Origin: Deltaproteobacteria bacterium
GTDB taxonomy: Bacteria; UBA10199; JACPAL01
Assembly (NCBI GenBank): GCA_016180845.1
Contig: JACPAK010000001.1
Span: 290,565 to 354,564 of the forward strand
Length of the DNA: 64,000 bases
Direction: 5' to 3'
A program made the translations under genes and the position numbers. The notes under the pieces are model-generated. The model was given only the letters and a program-made list of their open reading frames with translations, did not search any database and was not told the origin of the DNA. Within the stretch, counting starts at the first letter, position 1. Each line of letters starts with the position of its first letter. Below are positions 37,723-47,123 of the stretch, one piece after another.

Positions 37723-38424
37723 ATGTCAAAACCACCACCCCTCGCCGTCTTCGACCTCGACAACACAATCATCAAAAACGACTGCGGGGAGGCATTTTTT
37801 CATTTTTTGGTGGAGGAGGGAAAGCTCCCAGCGAGCCGCATCAGGGAATATTATGAAAAGGTTCAAAAGGAGGGAGGGATTGTCGCCTACCCCTGGGTCG
37901 TCTCACTGATGGCCGGAATGAAAGAGGAGGAGATTTATTCAGCTTGCCAAGAGGCGATTCGGAGGGAACTCAAAAAAGAGATCGGGAAAAAGGAATTGGG
38001 GGGTATTCAAGTCGCCCAAGGGATCCGGCTCTCTCCTCAGATGAAAGAGCTCATGAAACGAATGAAACAGGCCGGTTTTGAGATCTGGATTATCTCGGCC
38101 TCGAACCGATGGGTCGTCGAAACAACGATTCAGCAACTCGAACTCCCTGTCGACCATTCTGTCGGAATGGCGGTGACCGTAAAAGACGGTATCCTGACCA
38201 ATATTCCTGTCAAACCGGAGCCTGTGGGACAGGGGAAACGAGAGGTGATCGAGCAAAAAATCGGCCGCCCCCCAAACTTTGTTGCCGGCGACAGCGCCTC
38301 TGACTTCCCGATGATGGAAATGGCGACAGAGATTGCCCTTTTCATTGACCACGGGAATAAAGAATGTCAGAGGGTTGCTCTAGAAAGAGGTTGGGTTGTT
38401 CAAAAGGGATCACTAGTTGATTAG
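37723..38424 (+). CDS. HAD-superfamily hydrolase (HAD-IB-like)
   Basis: FDLDNTI motif I, later SASN and GDSxxD motifs; start trimmed from ORF-track 37621. Confidence 0.7.
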   Translation: MSKPPPLAVFDLDNTIIKNDCGEAFFHFLVEEGKLPASRIREYYEKVQKEGGIVAYPWVVSLMAGMKEEEIYSACQEAIRRELKKEIGKKELGGIQVAQGIRLSPQMKELMKRMKQAGFEIWIISASNRWVVETTIQQLELPVDHSVGMAVTVKDGILTNIPVKPEPVGQGKREVIEQKIGRPPNFVAGDSASDFPMMEMATEIALFIDHGNKECQRVALERGWVVQKGSLVD

Positions 38425-38586
38425 GGATCATTGCCAAAATTGTTCATCGTCAGGTGCCTCCGCGGCGACCCTAATGGATCCATCAGCCAATGAACCTTCG
38501 CGCAGTACTGCCGCGCGTTTTCATTGTCTGCTGAATCTCATTGGGTACCCCGCCGCTCCCGGCAATGCCGATTCGCAATTTTAACA

Positions 38587-39879
38587 ATGACCCCTTTTGA
38601 CAACATGAAGTCACGATATTCGCTTTGGCGAATCCGCATCTTTGCGATCACCTGGATCGCCTATGCCGGTTTTTACCTCTGTCGAAAAAACCTGGCCGTT
38701 GTCAAAGTTTCGCTGAAAGAGGAGTTTGGATTTGATAACCTCCAGCTCGGCTATATCGGCACCGCCTATCTCGCTACCTACGCCATCGGACAGTTTCTCA
38801 ATGGAATTTTGGGTGACAAATTGGGGTCTCGGATCACCGTCGGTATTGGGCTTGTCGTTGCTGCCGTCTCCAATTTCATTTTTCCGATCGGGACAACCGC
38901 CGGTTTCATGATGGTCCTTTATGGATTCAATGGCTACGCCCAGGCGACCGGATGGCCCGGACTTGTAAAGACAATGGCAAACTGGTTCTCCGTCCATGAG
39001 CGCGGCGTTGTCATGGGGTGGTGGGGAACTTGTTATCAGATCGGTTCCGCTGCCGCGACCGCCCTTGCCGCCTATCTCTTGAGTCTCTGGGGCTGGCGTT
39101 ATTCCTTCTATGTCCCCGCAGCAATCCTTTTGGGCATTGCACTCCTTTTCATCCTCCTTCAGAGAGAGCAACCTGAAGATGTCGGTCTCCCAGATATCGA
39201 ATCCTATCATGGGGAGGTCGAAAAAGAGGAATCTGGGGAAACGACAGTCACCCAGCTCCGTCCCTTAAGCTCGACGATCCGAAAGGTCCTTTCGAATAGT
39301 ACCGTCTGGTTCTGTGGACTCAGCTATTTTTGTCTCAAACTGATCCGCTATTCGCTGATGTTCTGGCTCCCGCTCTATATGGTAGAAAAACTGGGGTATA
39401 AGGCAGACCAGGCCGGTTATTATTCGATCGCGGTCGAGGTTGCTGGTTTTCTAGGGGCGGTCTTCGCGGGATACGCCTCTGATAAACTTTTCGGTTCGAG
39501 ACGTGGGCCGATCTGCACACTGATGTTTTTGGGGCTCGCGATCAGCCTCTACGCCCATACCCATCTCGTCCTTATGGGGAATTTCTGGAATGTGGTCGGT
39601 ATGGCGCTGATCGGTTTTATGACCTACGGCCCCGACTCGATCATGACCGGCGCTGCGGCGATGGATTTTGGCACAAAAGAGGGGGCCTCCACCGCTGCCG
39701 GATTTATCAATGGCATGGGCTCGATCGGTGCCGCGCTCGAAGGGATCCTGGTTGGCTACATCTCCCAAGCCTTTGGCTGGAATTTTCTCTTCTATATCTT
39801 CGTGGGACTGGCTCTGATTGGCGCCCTCCTGATGGCGACCCGGTGGAAGACCGAGGCACCGCACAGGCTATCTTCCTAG
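38587..39879 (+). CDS. MFS transporter, organophosphate:phosphate antiporter (GlpT/UhpT-like) family
   Basis: WRIRIF...YAGFYLCRKNLAV N-terminus typical of OPA family; 12 TM. Confidence 0.8.
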   Translation: MTPFDNMKSRYSLWRIRIFAITWIAYAGFYLCRKNLAVVKVSLKEEFGFDNLQLGYIGTAYLATYAIGQFLNGILGDKLGSRITVGIGLVVAAVSNFIFPIGTTAGFMMVLYGFNGYAQATGWPGLVKTMANWFSVHERGVVMGWWGTCYQIGSAAATALAAYLLSLWGWRYSFYVPAAILLGIALLFILLQREQPEDVGLPDIESYHGEVEKEESGETTVTQLRPLSSTIRKVLSNSTVWFCGLSYFCLKLIRYSLMFWLPLYMVEKLGYKADQAGYYSIAVEVAGFLGAVFAGYASDKLFGSRRGPICTLMFLGLAISLYAHTHLVLMGNFWNVVGMALIGFMTYGPDSIMTGAAAMDFGTKEGASTAAGFINGMGSIGAALEGILVGYISQAFGWNFLFYIFVGLALIGALLMATRWKTEAPHRLSS

Positions 39880-40385
39880 TCTCCCATCAACTCTTCGACA
39901 AAAAACTTGGTCTTTGGAGGGATCTGGCTGTCTGGATAGTATTTTGAAATAATCTCAAAAACCTCACGAGGTTTCTTGATCCCAAGATAATCGATTAAAA
40001 ACTTAACGTCCTCCTTGTCGTGCGTATCGAATCGGGCTGAAATAGACTTCATCGCCAGCATGTAATCGGCACGTGGTGCCCAGACGCGAAGATGAGAGAG
40101 CTCCATAACAGACTCGCGTGGAGGATCGACATGAAAGTAGGCCTTGGCAGCATCGTTGAGCCAGTTCGGTGGCACGCCAAGTTTTTTTGCAACCTTCTCG
40201 CTCGCCTTACGGATTTCCTTCGTTGGATGAAAGATCCCGTCGACATCTTTTGTTGATTTTCGGGCCTGAAAAACGAGGCACATCACAGCACCACCACAAA
40301 TTCCAATTTCTCCCTTCGCGTCTAGCGAACGAAGCTCTTCATTGAGAGCACGAAAGAGTTTTTTGATCAGCGCTACAGAAAGCAT
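39876..40385 (-). CDS. nucleotidyltransferase-fold protein (putative toxin-antitoxin/defence component), paralog A
   Basis: LFRALN...GICGGAVM...TKDVDGIF NTase-like motif; start ATG overlaps stop of upstream HTH gene (TAATG). Confidence 0.5.
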   Translation of the reverse strand: MLSVALIKKLFRALNEELRSLDAKGEIGICGGAVMCLVFQARKSTKDVDGIFHPTKEIRKASEKVAKKLGVPPNWLNDAAKAYFHVDPPRESVMELSHLRVWAPRADYMLAMKSISARFDTHDKEDVKFLIDYLGIKKPREVFEIISKYYPDSQIPPKTKFFVEELMGD

Positions 40386-40957
40386 TAGATCCTCTTCAAA
40401 AAGTTTTCTAAGACAAAAATATTTCTTTTTCTGAAGTGAACTGGACTTTCGATAAGGGCCATCGCCTTAAGACTCTCCATGCCAGAAACAAACCAGGGCT
40501 CGGCCAGAGGGGGCACCGACTGACACCACTCCGGGCACGTCATCCCGACTTCATCGCAAAGGGTCTCGACCGTCGAGGCAAGAAGCGCCTTCATAGAAAC
40601 AGGTGTCTCCGGCAGGGGAGACAGATCAACGAAACCCCTCTTCGGTTTTGTCCTGAAGGCATCGACAAAACTAAAGAGCCAGCTCTTCCAGCTCCCTTCT
40701 CCTTCTTCGAGGATATGTTCTGAAATCCCGACAACCGAATCGGGAGGTGATTCAAATAATGACTCAATGAATCTCCCGAAGGCATGCCTTGAATATCCGA
40801 GGGCCGTGGCGATCTTCTCGAGTGACGAGATTTGCGGATCATGTCTCCCCGACTCCAGCAGTTGGAGGGTTCGGAACGAAATCCCGGCCAGCGCCGCCAG
40901 ACGGCGCTGCGAGAGCCCCTTCTCTTCCCTTGCCTTGACGATCGGATTCATGGGCAC
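40385..40957 (-). CDS. XRE-family HTH protein with C-terminal domain of unknown function
   Basis: HTH_3-type motif LSQRRLAALAGISFRTLQLLESG; translationally coupled to downstream NTase gene. Confidence 0.6.
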   Translation of the reverse strand: MPMNPIVKAREEKGLSQRRLAALAGISFRTLQLLESGRHDPQISSLEKIATALGYSRHAFGRFIESLFESPPDSVVGISEHILEEGEGSWKSWLFSFVDAFRTKPKRGFVDLSPLPETPVSMKALLASTVETLCDEVGMTCPEWCQSVPPLAEPWFVSGMESLKAMALIESPVHFRKRNIFVLENFLKRI

Positions 40958-41048
40958 ATTTTATTTGACATACTTAAGTATGTCAATAGGCCTTGTCATT
41001 AGAATTAACTTTCGAATCGTGGAAGAGTGTGATAAAAAACAATTGTCT

Positions 41049-41261
41049 ATGTCGAAAAAAAAGGTTGTCATGGAGCGGTTTGTCCCGCTGGAGGGATGCG
41101 ACAAAGATTTTGATCTCGAATTTTGGAGACGTGTTGGGACTCAGGGAAAATTCGAGGCGGCGTGGGAGATGGTTCTCGATCTTCCCAACTGGAATTCTCG
41201 ATATGCCAATCAACAAAGACTTCGAAGAACTGTTTCATCACTTAAACACCGCGGGGGCTGA
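41049..41261 (+). CDS. small hypothetical protein (70 aa) upstream of and overlapping NTase paralog B
   Basis: Only the C-terminal 70 codons of ORF 40767..41261 are free of the antisense HTH gene; overlaps 41203..41676 in a different frame. Confidence 0.25.
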   Translation: MSKKKVVMERFVPLEGCDKDFDLEFWRRVGTQGKFEAAWEMVLDLPNWNSRYANQQRLRRTVSSLKHRGG

Positions 41262-41676
41262 ATATATTGTTGTCGGGGCCTACGCGGTCATTTACCATAC
41301 GGAACCACGTTACACGAAGGATATCGATATCTGGATCAATCCAGATCCTCGGAATGCGGTAAAAGTTTATGAAGCCCTCAAGAAGTTTGGGGCTCCTCTG
41401 CGAGACCTGACACCTCAGGACCTCTCGAATCCGAAAATGGTCTACCAAGTCGGAATTGAACCAAACCGGATTGATATCCTGATGGGGATCGGGACCCTCC
41501 CCTTTAAGGAGGCTTGGAAGAAACGATGTGAAGATCATTACGGTTCCGAAAAGATCTTTGTTTTGGGACTGGGAGAGACCATTCGCGCGAAAAAAGAGGC
41601 AGGAAGGCCACATGATGAAAGAGATCTCGAAATCCTGGAGCAGGCAAAGAAAAAACAAGACAAGAAATCCCGATAA
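41203..41676 (+). CDS. nucleotidyltransferase-fold protein, paralog B
   Basis: LFHHLN...VVGAYAV...TKDIDIWI and C-terminal RPHDERDLEIL align with paralog A; start trimmed from ORF-track 40993. Confidence 0.5.
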   Translation: MPINKDFEELFHHLNTAGAEYIVVGAYAVIYHTEPRYTKDIDIWINPDPRNAVKVYEALKKFGAPLRDLTPQDLSNPKMVYQVGIEPNRIDILMGIGTLPFKEAWKKRCEDHYGSEKIFVLGLGETIRAKKEAGRPHDERDLEILEQAKKKQDKKSR

Positions 41677-41803
41677 TCAGGAAAAAATCTCCCCCGACCC
41701 AAACCGAAAAATAGATTTTTCCCAAGCAACCATTTTCGGATTTTAGCGATGAAATGGCATAGTAAGCAGACAGGCTTGGATCTAAAAACACGAGGAGGGG
41801 CTT

Positions 41804-42244
41804 ATGGCAATTATTAGTAACCTTTTGGCATCACCAGCTTTACCGAGGGAGGGCTCTGCTCCCGCACCAGAGCCAGTACCACAACCACCCCCCTCTTCTC
41901 GATTTACTTATACAGGCTGGATAGCGAGTAGCATGGGTGCGACAATCCTATCAGGTTTCGCTCCGGAAATTCTTGCAAGAATATCAGGAAGGAGGAGGAT
42001 GAGCCTCCCCAAATATGCGCTTGGGAACGCTGTTCTTGGTGGTGTTGGGGCACTGGTGGCTATCGCTGTTTTTAATCGCCTTAGCGATGAACCTTGCAAG
42101 GCACAATGGGGCGCTGTTGCATCTGGAACTATTTTCAGTGGAATGGGATGTATAGTCGGCGCCGCCTGCGGTTCCGTAAGATATGGGGCACCGCTGTTTG
42201 CCTTCTTGGGAACCGGCTTGATTGCCTTTTCCCTTCCATCATAA
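41804..42244 (+). CDS. hypothetical Gly/Ala-rich membrane protein
   Basis: 146-aa ORF in AT-richer patch. Confidence 0.3.
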   Translation: MAIISNLLASPALPREGSAPAPEPVPQPPPSSRFTYTGWIASSMGATILSGFAPEILARISGRRRMSLPKYALGNAVLGGVGALVAIAVFNRLSDEPCKAQWGAVASGTIFSGMGCIVGAACGSVRYGAPLFAFLGTGLIAFSLPS

Positions 42245-42412
42245 AGACAGTTCCATTGAACCAGTTGCTTTTTCCTTGAAGGATTATCAAAGCAATCTCG
42301 TTTCCCCGTTGCTTCACCAAATCCGCAAAGAGGCGGTTGAGATTAAATAAAAATTCGTGCTTTTTGATCTTCTTGAATTAAAAAAAATAGCGTTGTAGGG
42401 CTTCGGGTACCC

Positions 42413-43774
42413 ATGCCGACCAAGGAAGAATTGATCGCCTATGTTGAGAAATCACCCCATCCCGAGGTCAAGGTCGCTGTCTGTGATATCGACGGCATCC
42501 TTCGCGGAAAATATATCGCGAAGGAAAAACTCCTCTCGAGCCTGGAAAAAGGTTTCGGATTCTGCGATGTCGTCTTTGGGTGGGACAGCGCCGATGTCCT
42601 TTACGATAATGTCCAACTGACCGGATGGCATACCGGTTATCCGGATGTCTTGACGAAGCTCGATCCGGCCACATTTCGTAAAATCCCGTGGGAAGAGGAT
42701 CGTGCGTTTGTCTTGGGTGACTTTTACCTCAAAAACGGAGAGGCGTATCCAGCCTGCCCACGGAATCTTCTGAAAAAGGTGATTGAAAAATACCGCAAGG
42801 CGGGACTCGAACCTTATTGTTCGGTCGAGTTCGAGTACTTTCTCTTCGATGAAACCCCCCACTCCCTCCACGAAAAGGGGTTTCGAAATCTTAAGACCGC
42901 GAGCCCTGGGATGTTTGGTTATTCAATCCTCCGCTCCTCCGCCCGTAGCGAGTTCATCACGAGCCTTGTCCAAAAGATGAAGGCGTTTGACTGCCCGATC
43001 GAAGGGATCCACACAGAGACAGGACCGGGCGTCATGGAAGCGGCACTGCTCTATACGAAGGCGCTTGACGCCGCCGATCGCGCGATCCTTTTCAAAACCG
43101 CCGTTAAGGAACTCGCCTACAAAGACGGGAAGGTCGCAACCTTCATGGCGAAGTGGAACGATCAACTCCCCGGCTGTGGTGGTCATACCCATATCAGTGT
43201 CTGGAAGAATGGAACCAACGCCTTCGCCGATGAACGAAACAAGTCTGGAATAAGTCCTCTCTTTGAAAATTTTCTCGCCGGTGTCTTGCACGGACTCCAC
43301 GATTTAATGGCCTGCTACTGCCCGACGGTCAATAGTTACAAGCGATCGGTCCCTGGGGTTTGGTCCCCTCTCAACGCCACCTGGGGAATCGAAAATAGGA
43401 CAACAGCCCTTCGGATGATCCTCGGCCAGGATCCTAAATCGACCCGAGTGGAACAGAGAACCCCTGGCGCTGACTTGAATCCCTACATCGCGATGGCAGC
43501 GACACTCGCCTCGGGCCTCTATGGAATTGAAAAGAAAATGAAGCTCGTCCCCCCCGTCACGGGGAATGCCTATGACCTCCCCAAAGAGGAGGTCCCGTAT
43601 CTCCCTCGATCTTTGGCCGAGGCGACCGATCGCCTGAAGAGGAGCGAATTGGCCCGGGAGATTTTGGGAGAGGCGTTTGTAGACCATTACGCAAGGACAC
43701 GCGAATGGGAGGTTCGAGAGTATAATAAGGCAGTGACAGATTGGGAATTGAAGAGATATTTCGAGATTATATGA
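42413..43774 (+). CDS. glutamine synthetase family protein (gamma-glutamyl-amine ligase, PuuA/GlnA3/GlnA4-like)
   Basis: GS catalytic-domain blocks; cluster context with Fe-ADH and ALDH. Confidence 0.75.
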   Translation: MPTKEELIAYVEKSPHPEVKVAVCDIDGILRGKYIAKEKLLSSLEKGFGFCDVVFGWDSADVLYDNVQLTGWHTGYPDVLTKLDPATFRKIPWEEDRAFVLGDFYLKNGEAYPACPRNLLKKVIEKYRKAGLEPYCSVEFEYFLFDETPHSLHEKGFRNLKTASPGMFGYSILRSSARSEFITSLVQKMKAFDCPIEGIHTETGPGVMEAALLYTKALDAADRAILFKTAVKELAYKDGKVATFMAKWNDQLPGCGGHTHISVWKNGTNAFADERNKSGISPLFENFLAGVLHGLHDLMACYCPTVNSYKRSVPGVWSPLNATWGIENRTTALRMILGQDPKSTRVEQRTPGADLNPYIAMAATLASGLYGIEKKMKLVPPVTGNAYDLPKEEVPYLPRSLAEATDRLKRSELAREILGEAFVDHYARTREWEVREYNKAVTDWELKRYFEII

Positions 43775-44904
43775 CAGAAATTCACAATTTTTATTTCCCT
43801 ACCACCATCCGCTTCGGCGCAGGAGCTATCAAACTCCTTCGACAAGAACTGACACAGCGTCGCTGCAAACGCCCGTTCATCGTCACCGACCGCGGGGTTG
43901 TCGCCCAACCCTTTTTTCAAACGATCCTCAATGAACTCAAAGATTTTAACCCCGCTGTCTATTCCGATGTCCACCCGAACCCCTGGCTCAGCGATGTCAC
44001 AAAGGGTGCCAAGATCTGCCGTGAAATTGAGGCCGACTGTATTGTCACCGTCGGGGGGGGATCTCCCATGGACACGGCGAAGGCGATCGCGCTGATGGCC
44101 TGTGTGGAGGGGGAACTTTTTCAGTATCAGGATGGCGGTCCTAAAGAAATTCCATCCACTATCCTGCCGATCATCGCCATCCCGACAACCGCCGGTACCG
44201 GCTCTGAGGTTGGCCGCAGCGCCGTTATCAGCGAGGATAATACGGGGATCAAACATATTATCTTCTCCCCATCGCTCCTTCCCAAATTGGTTCTCGCCGA
44301 TCCCGAGGTAACCTTGGGGCTTCCTCACCATATCACAGCTGCCACCGGCATGGATGCCTTGACGCATAATATCGAGGCCTATCTCGCGAAGGATTTTCAT
44401 CCGATCTGTGACGGGATCGCCCTCGAGGGGACACGACTGGTGATGGAGAATCTGGAGACTGCGGTCAAGGATGGGAAAAACATGAAGGCGCGTGAAGGGA
44501 TGCTGATGGGGGCGATGATGGGGGCTGTTGCGTTCCAGAAGGGACTTGGCGCAACCCACTCGATGGCCCATCCCTTGACGACAGTCGCCAATGTCCCTCA
44601 TGGCCTTGCAAACGCCCTCTGTCTCGCGAGGGTCCTTGAGTTTAACAAAGAGGTTGTCGAGAAACGACTCGCGACACTCGCCACCCATCTGGGATTAAAA
44701 GACAAAAGCGCCGATGGATTCATTGCCTCTATTCGAAAATTGACCGACGCGATCGGGATCCCCAAACGGCTTCGCGATGTGGGGATCAAGGAAGAGATGA
44801 TGCCGCGGCTCGTCGAACTGGCGGTCCAGGATGGTTGTCATCAGTGCAATCCAAGGTCGGTGACAAAAGCAGACTTTGAGAGGATGTATCGGGAACTTCT
44901 GTGA
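43771..44904 (+). CDS. iron-containing alcohol dehydrogenase
   Basis: GGGSPMDTAK and iron-ligand His blocks; ATGA overlap with GS stop. Confidence 0.85.
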   Translation: MTEIHNFYFPTTIRFGAGAIKLLRQELTQRRCKRPFIVTDRGVVAQPFFQTILNELKDFNPAVYSDVHPNPWLSDVTKGAKICREIEADCIVTVGGGSPMDTAKAIALMACVEGELFQYQDGGPKEIPSTILPIIAIPTTAGTGSEVGRSAVISEDNTGIKHIIFSPSLLPKLVLADPEVTLGLPHHITAATGMDALTHNIEAYLAKDFHPICDGIALEGTRLVMENLETAVKDGKNMKAREGMLMGAMMGAVAFQKGLGATHSMAHPLTTVANVPHGLANALCLARVLEFNKEVVEKRLATLATHLGLKDKSADGFIASIRKLTDAIGIPKRLRDVGIKEEMMPRLVELAVQDGCHQCNPRSVTKADFERMYRELL

Positions 44905-46268
44905 AGATTTTCAATCCAGCCACCGAGGCACTTCTTCAAGAGATCGAAGAAGATTCCGCTGTCTCGATCCAAGAGAAATACAATTCCCTGCTAAAAGGAC
45001 AAAAAATCTGGAAAATGATTCCTTTGAAGGAACGTATCGCGATTATCTCCCGATTCTCTGCCCTTCTTGATCAGAATAAAGAATCTCTGACCCGAACCCT
45101 CACACAAGAGATGGGAAAACCGCTTCGGGAATCATTCAACGAGATCACTGGCGCGCGGAAAAGGATCCAATTTTTTATTGATAACTCGGAAGAGATCTTG
45201 AAACCGCGTGTCACCCACGAGGAACCTGGGATCTCGGAACAACTCGCCTTCGAACCTCTGGGGATCGTCGCCAACATCTCTGCGTGGAATTACCCCTACC
45301 TCGTCGGGGTGAATATCTTTGTCCCAGCCCTGATCGGTGGCAATGCCGTCCTCTATAAACCTTCTGAATATGCGACCCTCACAGGCCTCGAGATCACACG
45401 TCTTCTTTGGGAGGCAGGGATCCCGCGTGAGGTTTTTCAACCGGTGGTGGGGGGTGGTCCTGTCGGCCAACGACTGCTCGCCCTTCCTCTGGATGGTTTC
45501 TTCTTCACCGGTTCCTATCGAACCGGACAGGCGATCGCGAACCAGGTCGGTTCTCGACTGATCCCTCTCGGGCTCGAGTTAGGAGGAAAAGATCCCCTCT
45601 ATGTCGCCGATGATGTCAAAGAGATCCCGTCCGTTGCGGCCGCGGCGGTGGAGGGGAGCTTTTACAACAACGGGCAAAGCTGCTGCGCCGTCGAAAGGAT
45701 CTACGTCCACAAAAAGATCTTTGAGCCCTTTCTTGAATTGTTTTTGGGCGAAGTGAAAAAACTGAAGGTCGGTGATCCTTTGGACAGACAAACGACTCAA
45801 GGACCACTCGCCCGTCCGCAACAGGTCGTCTTACTAGAGGCCCAAGTAAAAGACGCCCTCCACCGTAGCGCAAAACTCCTGATAGGTGGTAAACGGTGGG
45901 GGACCCAAGGGGCCTTTTTTGAACCGACTGTATTCACGAACGTTGATCACACAATGAATCTCATGAGAGAGGAAACCTTCGGACCCCTGATCGGTATTCA
46001 GAAAGTAGAGGATGACGAAGAGGCGATCCGGCTCATGAACGACACTGATTATGGACTGACCGCCTCGATCTATTCCTCGGATGAAAAACGTGCTCGGCGG
46101 ATTTTAGAGCAAATCGATGTCGGGACCGGTTACTGGAACTGTTGCGACCGGGTCACCCCCTACCTCCCCTGGTCCGGGAGAAAACATTCGGGACTCGGCT
46201 CGACACTCTCTTTTTTAGGGCTTTATCCATTTGTGAAGCCGAAGGCGTATCATTTACGTCGTCCTTAA
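44901..46268 (+). CDS. aldehyde dehydrogenase family protein
   Basis: ELGGKDP catalytic Glu block, FYNNGQSCCA catalytic Cys block; GTGA overlap with ADH stop. Confidence 0.85.
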   Translation: MKIFNPATEALLQEIEEDSAVSIQEKYNSLLKGQKIWKMIPLKERIAIISRFSALLDQNKESLTRTLTQEMGKPLRESFNEITGARKRIQFFIDNSEEILKPRVTHEEPGISEQLAFEPLGIVANISAWNYPYLVGVNIFVPALIGGNAVLYKPSEYATLTGLEITRLLWEAGIPREVFQPVVGGGPVGQRLLALPLDGFFFTGSYRTGQAIANQVGSRLIPLGLELGGKDPLYVADDVKEIPSVAAAAVEGSFYNNGQSCCAVERIYVHKKIFEPFLELFLGEVKKLKVGDPLDRQTTQGPLARPQQVVLLEAQVKDALHRSAKLLIGGKRWGTQGAFFEPTVFTNVDHTMNLMREETFGPLIGIQKVEDDEEAIRLMNDTDYGLTASIYSSDEKRARRILEQIDVGTGYWNCCDRVTPYLPWSGRKHSGLGSTLSFLGLYPFVKPKAYHLRRP

Positions 46269-46300
46269 CCCCTCTCCCATTATTTCCGATACAACCGGCA

Positions 46301-46323
46301 CCTCCCCTTAAACTAAGGGGAGG
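46301..46323. other. perfect 10-bp-arm hairpin CCTCCCCTTA-AAC-TAAGGGGAGG in convergent intergenic region
   Basis: Read directly; no U-tract on either strand. Confidence 0.4.
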
Positions 46324-46355
46324 TAAATGACATCAATGATACCGCGGAGGAGGGG

Positions 46356-46988
46356 TTAAAACCTAAGGTTAAGCTGCGCCGTCACTGCATAATAGAGTCC
46401 CGTACGAGTGATCGGATCAACCCCGACAGTATAGCTTCCCCCATCGACCCCTAAACCGAGCTTGAAAACTTCCTTTCCATTTCCCTTTTTGAAAGGGGCC
46501 TCTAATCTGGCCGCCGCACCATAACGCTGCATGAGGGTCGGATCATATTCAGAGAGAAGATCGGCACCACCGAAATTCGCCCCCACCTCAGCAAGACCAC
46601 CAAGAAAAAGGGCAAGTCCCATATCCTCTCTATCAAATAGCAGGAGCCTTCCACCAACCTCGAGATCAGCAGCGGTCTCATCGATCGTCTTATCATCCTC
46701 CTGACTTCGAAGGACGACATGCGACGCCGCCTCAAATGACAAGAGATCCTTAGGTCTCGGCGTCCAACGGAGACCGACCTTCATCACCTGATCCGTCGTG
46801 AGGGTCCCGTCAACTGATGGGGAACCAGACTCTCTAAAGTAAGATTGTCCAAAACCGTATAATATTTCAAAATCGGGAGGTGGGAGATTTCTGGCCGAAA
46901 AACTGACCTGTCTCACCGCGATCTTCGGAGCGGCTGTTGTCGGTTCCATCGTCCCCCCTTTTTTATTGGCCGGAATGATATCCATCAA
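46356..46988 (-). CDS. putative outer-membrane beta-barrel protein
   Basis: C-terminal LNLRF aromatic terminus, alternating beta pattern. Confidence 0.4.
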   Translation of the reverse strand: MMDIIPANKKGGTMEPTTAAPKIAVRQVSFSARNLPPPDFEILYGFGQSYFRESGSPSVDGTLTTDQVMKVGLRWTPRPKDLLSFEAASHVVLRSQEDDKTIDETAADLEVGGRLLLFDREDMGLALFLGGLAEVGANFGGADLLSEYDPTLMQRYGAAARLEAPFKKGNGKEVFKLGLGVDGGSYTVGVDPITRTGLYYAVTAQLNLRF

Positions 46989-47047
46989 TCATCGCCTGAA
47001 ATTCCTCACTGCGTGGACAACCCAATGCGTCCTGATCCCCCTGTTAG

Positions 47048-47077
47048 AACCAAAAGGTACCAGGTACCTTCTGGTCA
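47048..47077. repeat. REP-like palindromic repeat, copy F
   Basis: AACCAAAAGGTACCAGGTACCTTCTGGTCA, near-perfect inverted repeat. Confidence 0.65.
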
Positions 47078-47123
47078 CCTGTTGAATCGAATATCAAGAA
47101 AGGAAGTTGTGGGTTAATTCTGA

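Noticed and set aside
40767-41048. N-terminal 94 codons of ORF 40767..41261
   Set aside because: This portion is antisense to, and inside, the well-supported XRE-HTH gene (40385..40957). Only the C-terminal 70 codons from the ATG at 41049 were kept as a possible small gene.
42245-42412. Sigma-54 (TGGCAC-N5-TTGC) promoter upstream of the GS-like gene
   Set aside because: No match to the -24/-12 consensus was found in the 170-bp upstream region.
46301-46330. Hairpin after the ALDH gene as a bidirectional intrinsic terminator
   Set aside because: A perfect 10-bp-arm stem is present, but there is no U-tract on either strand. It is kept as a structural observation only.
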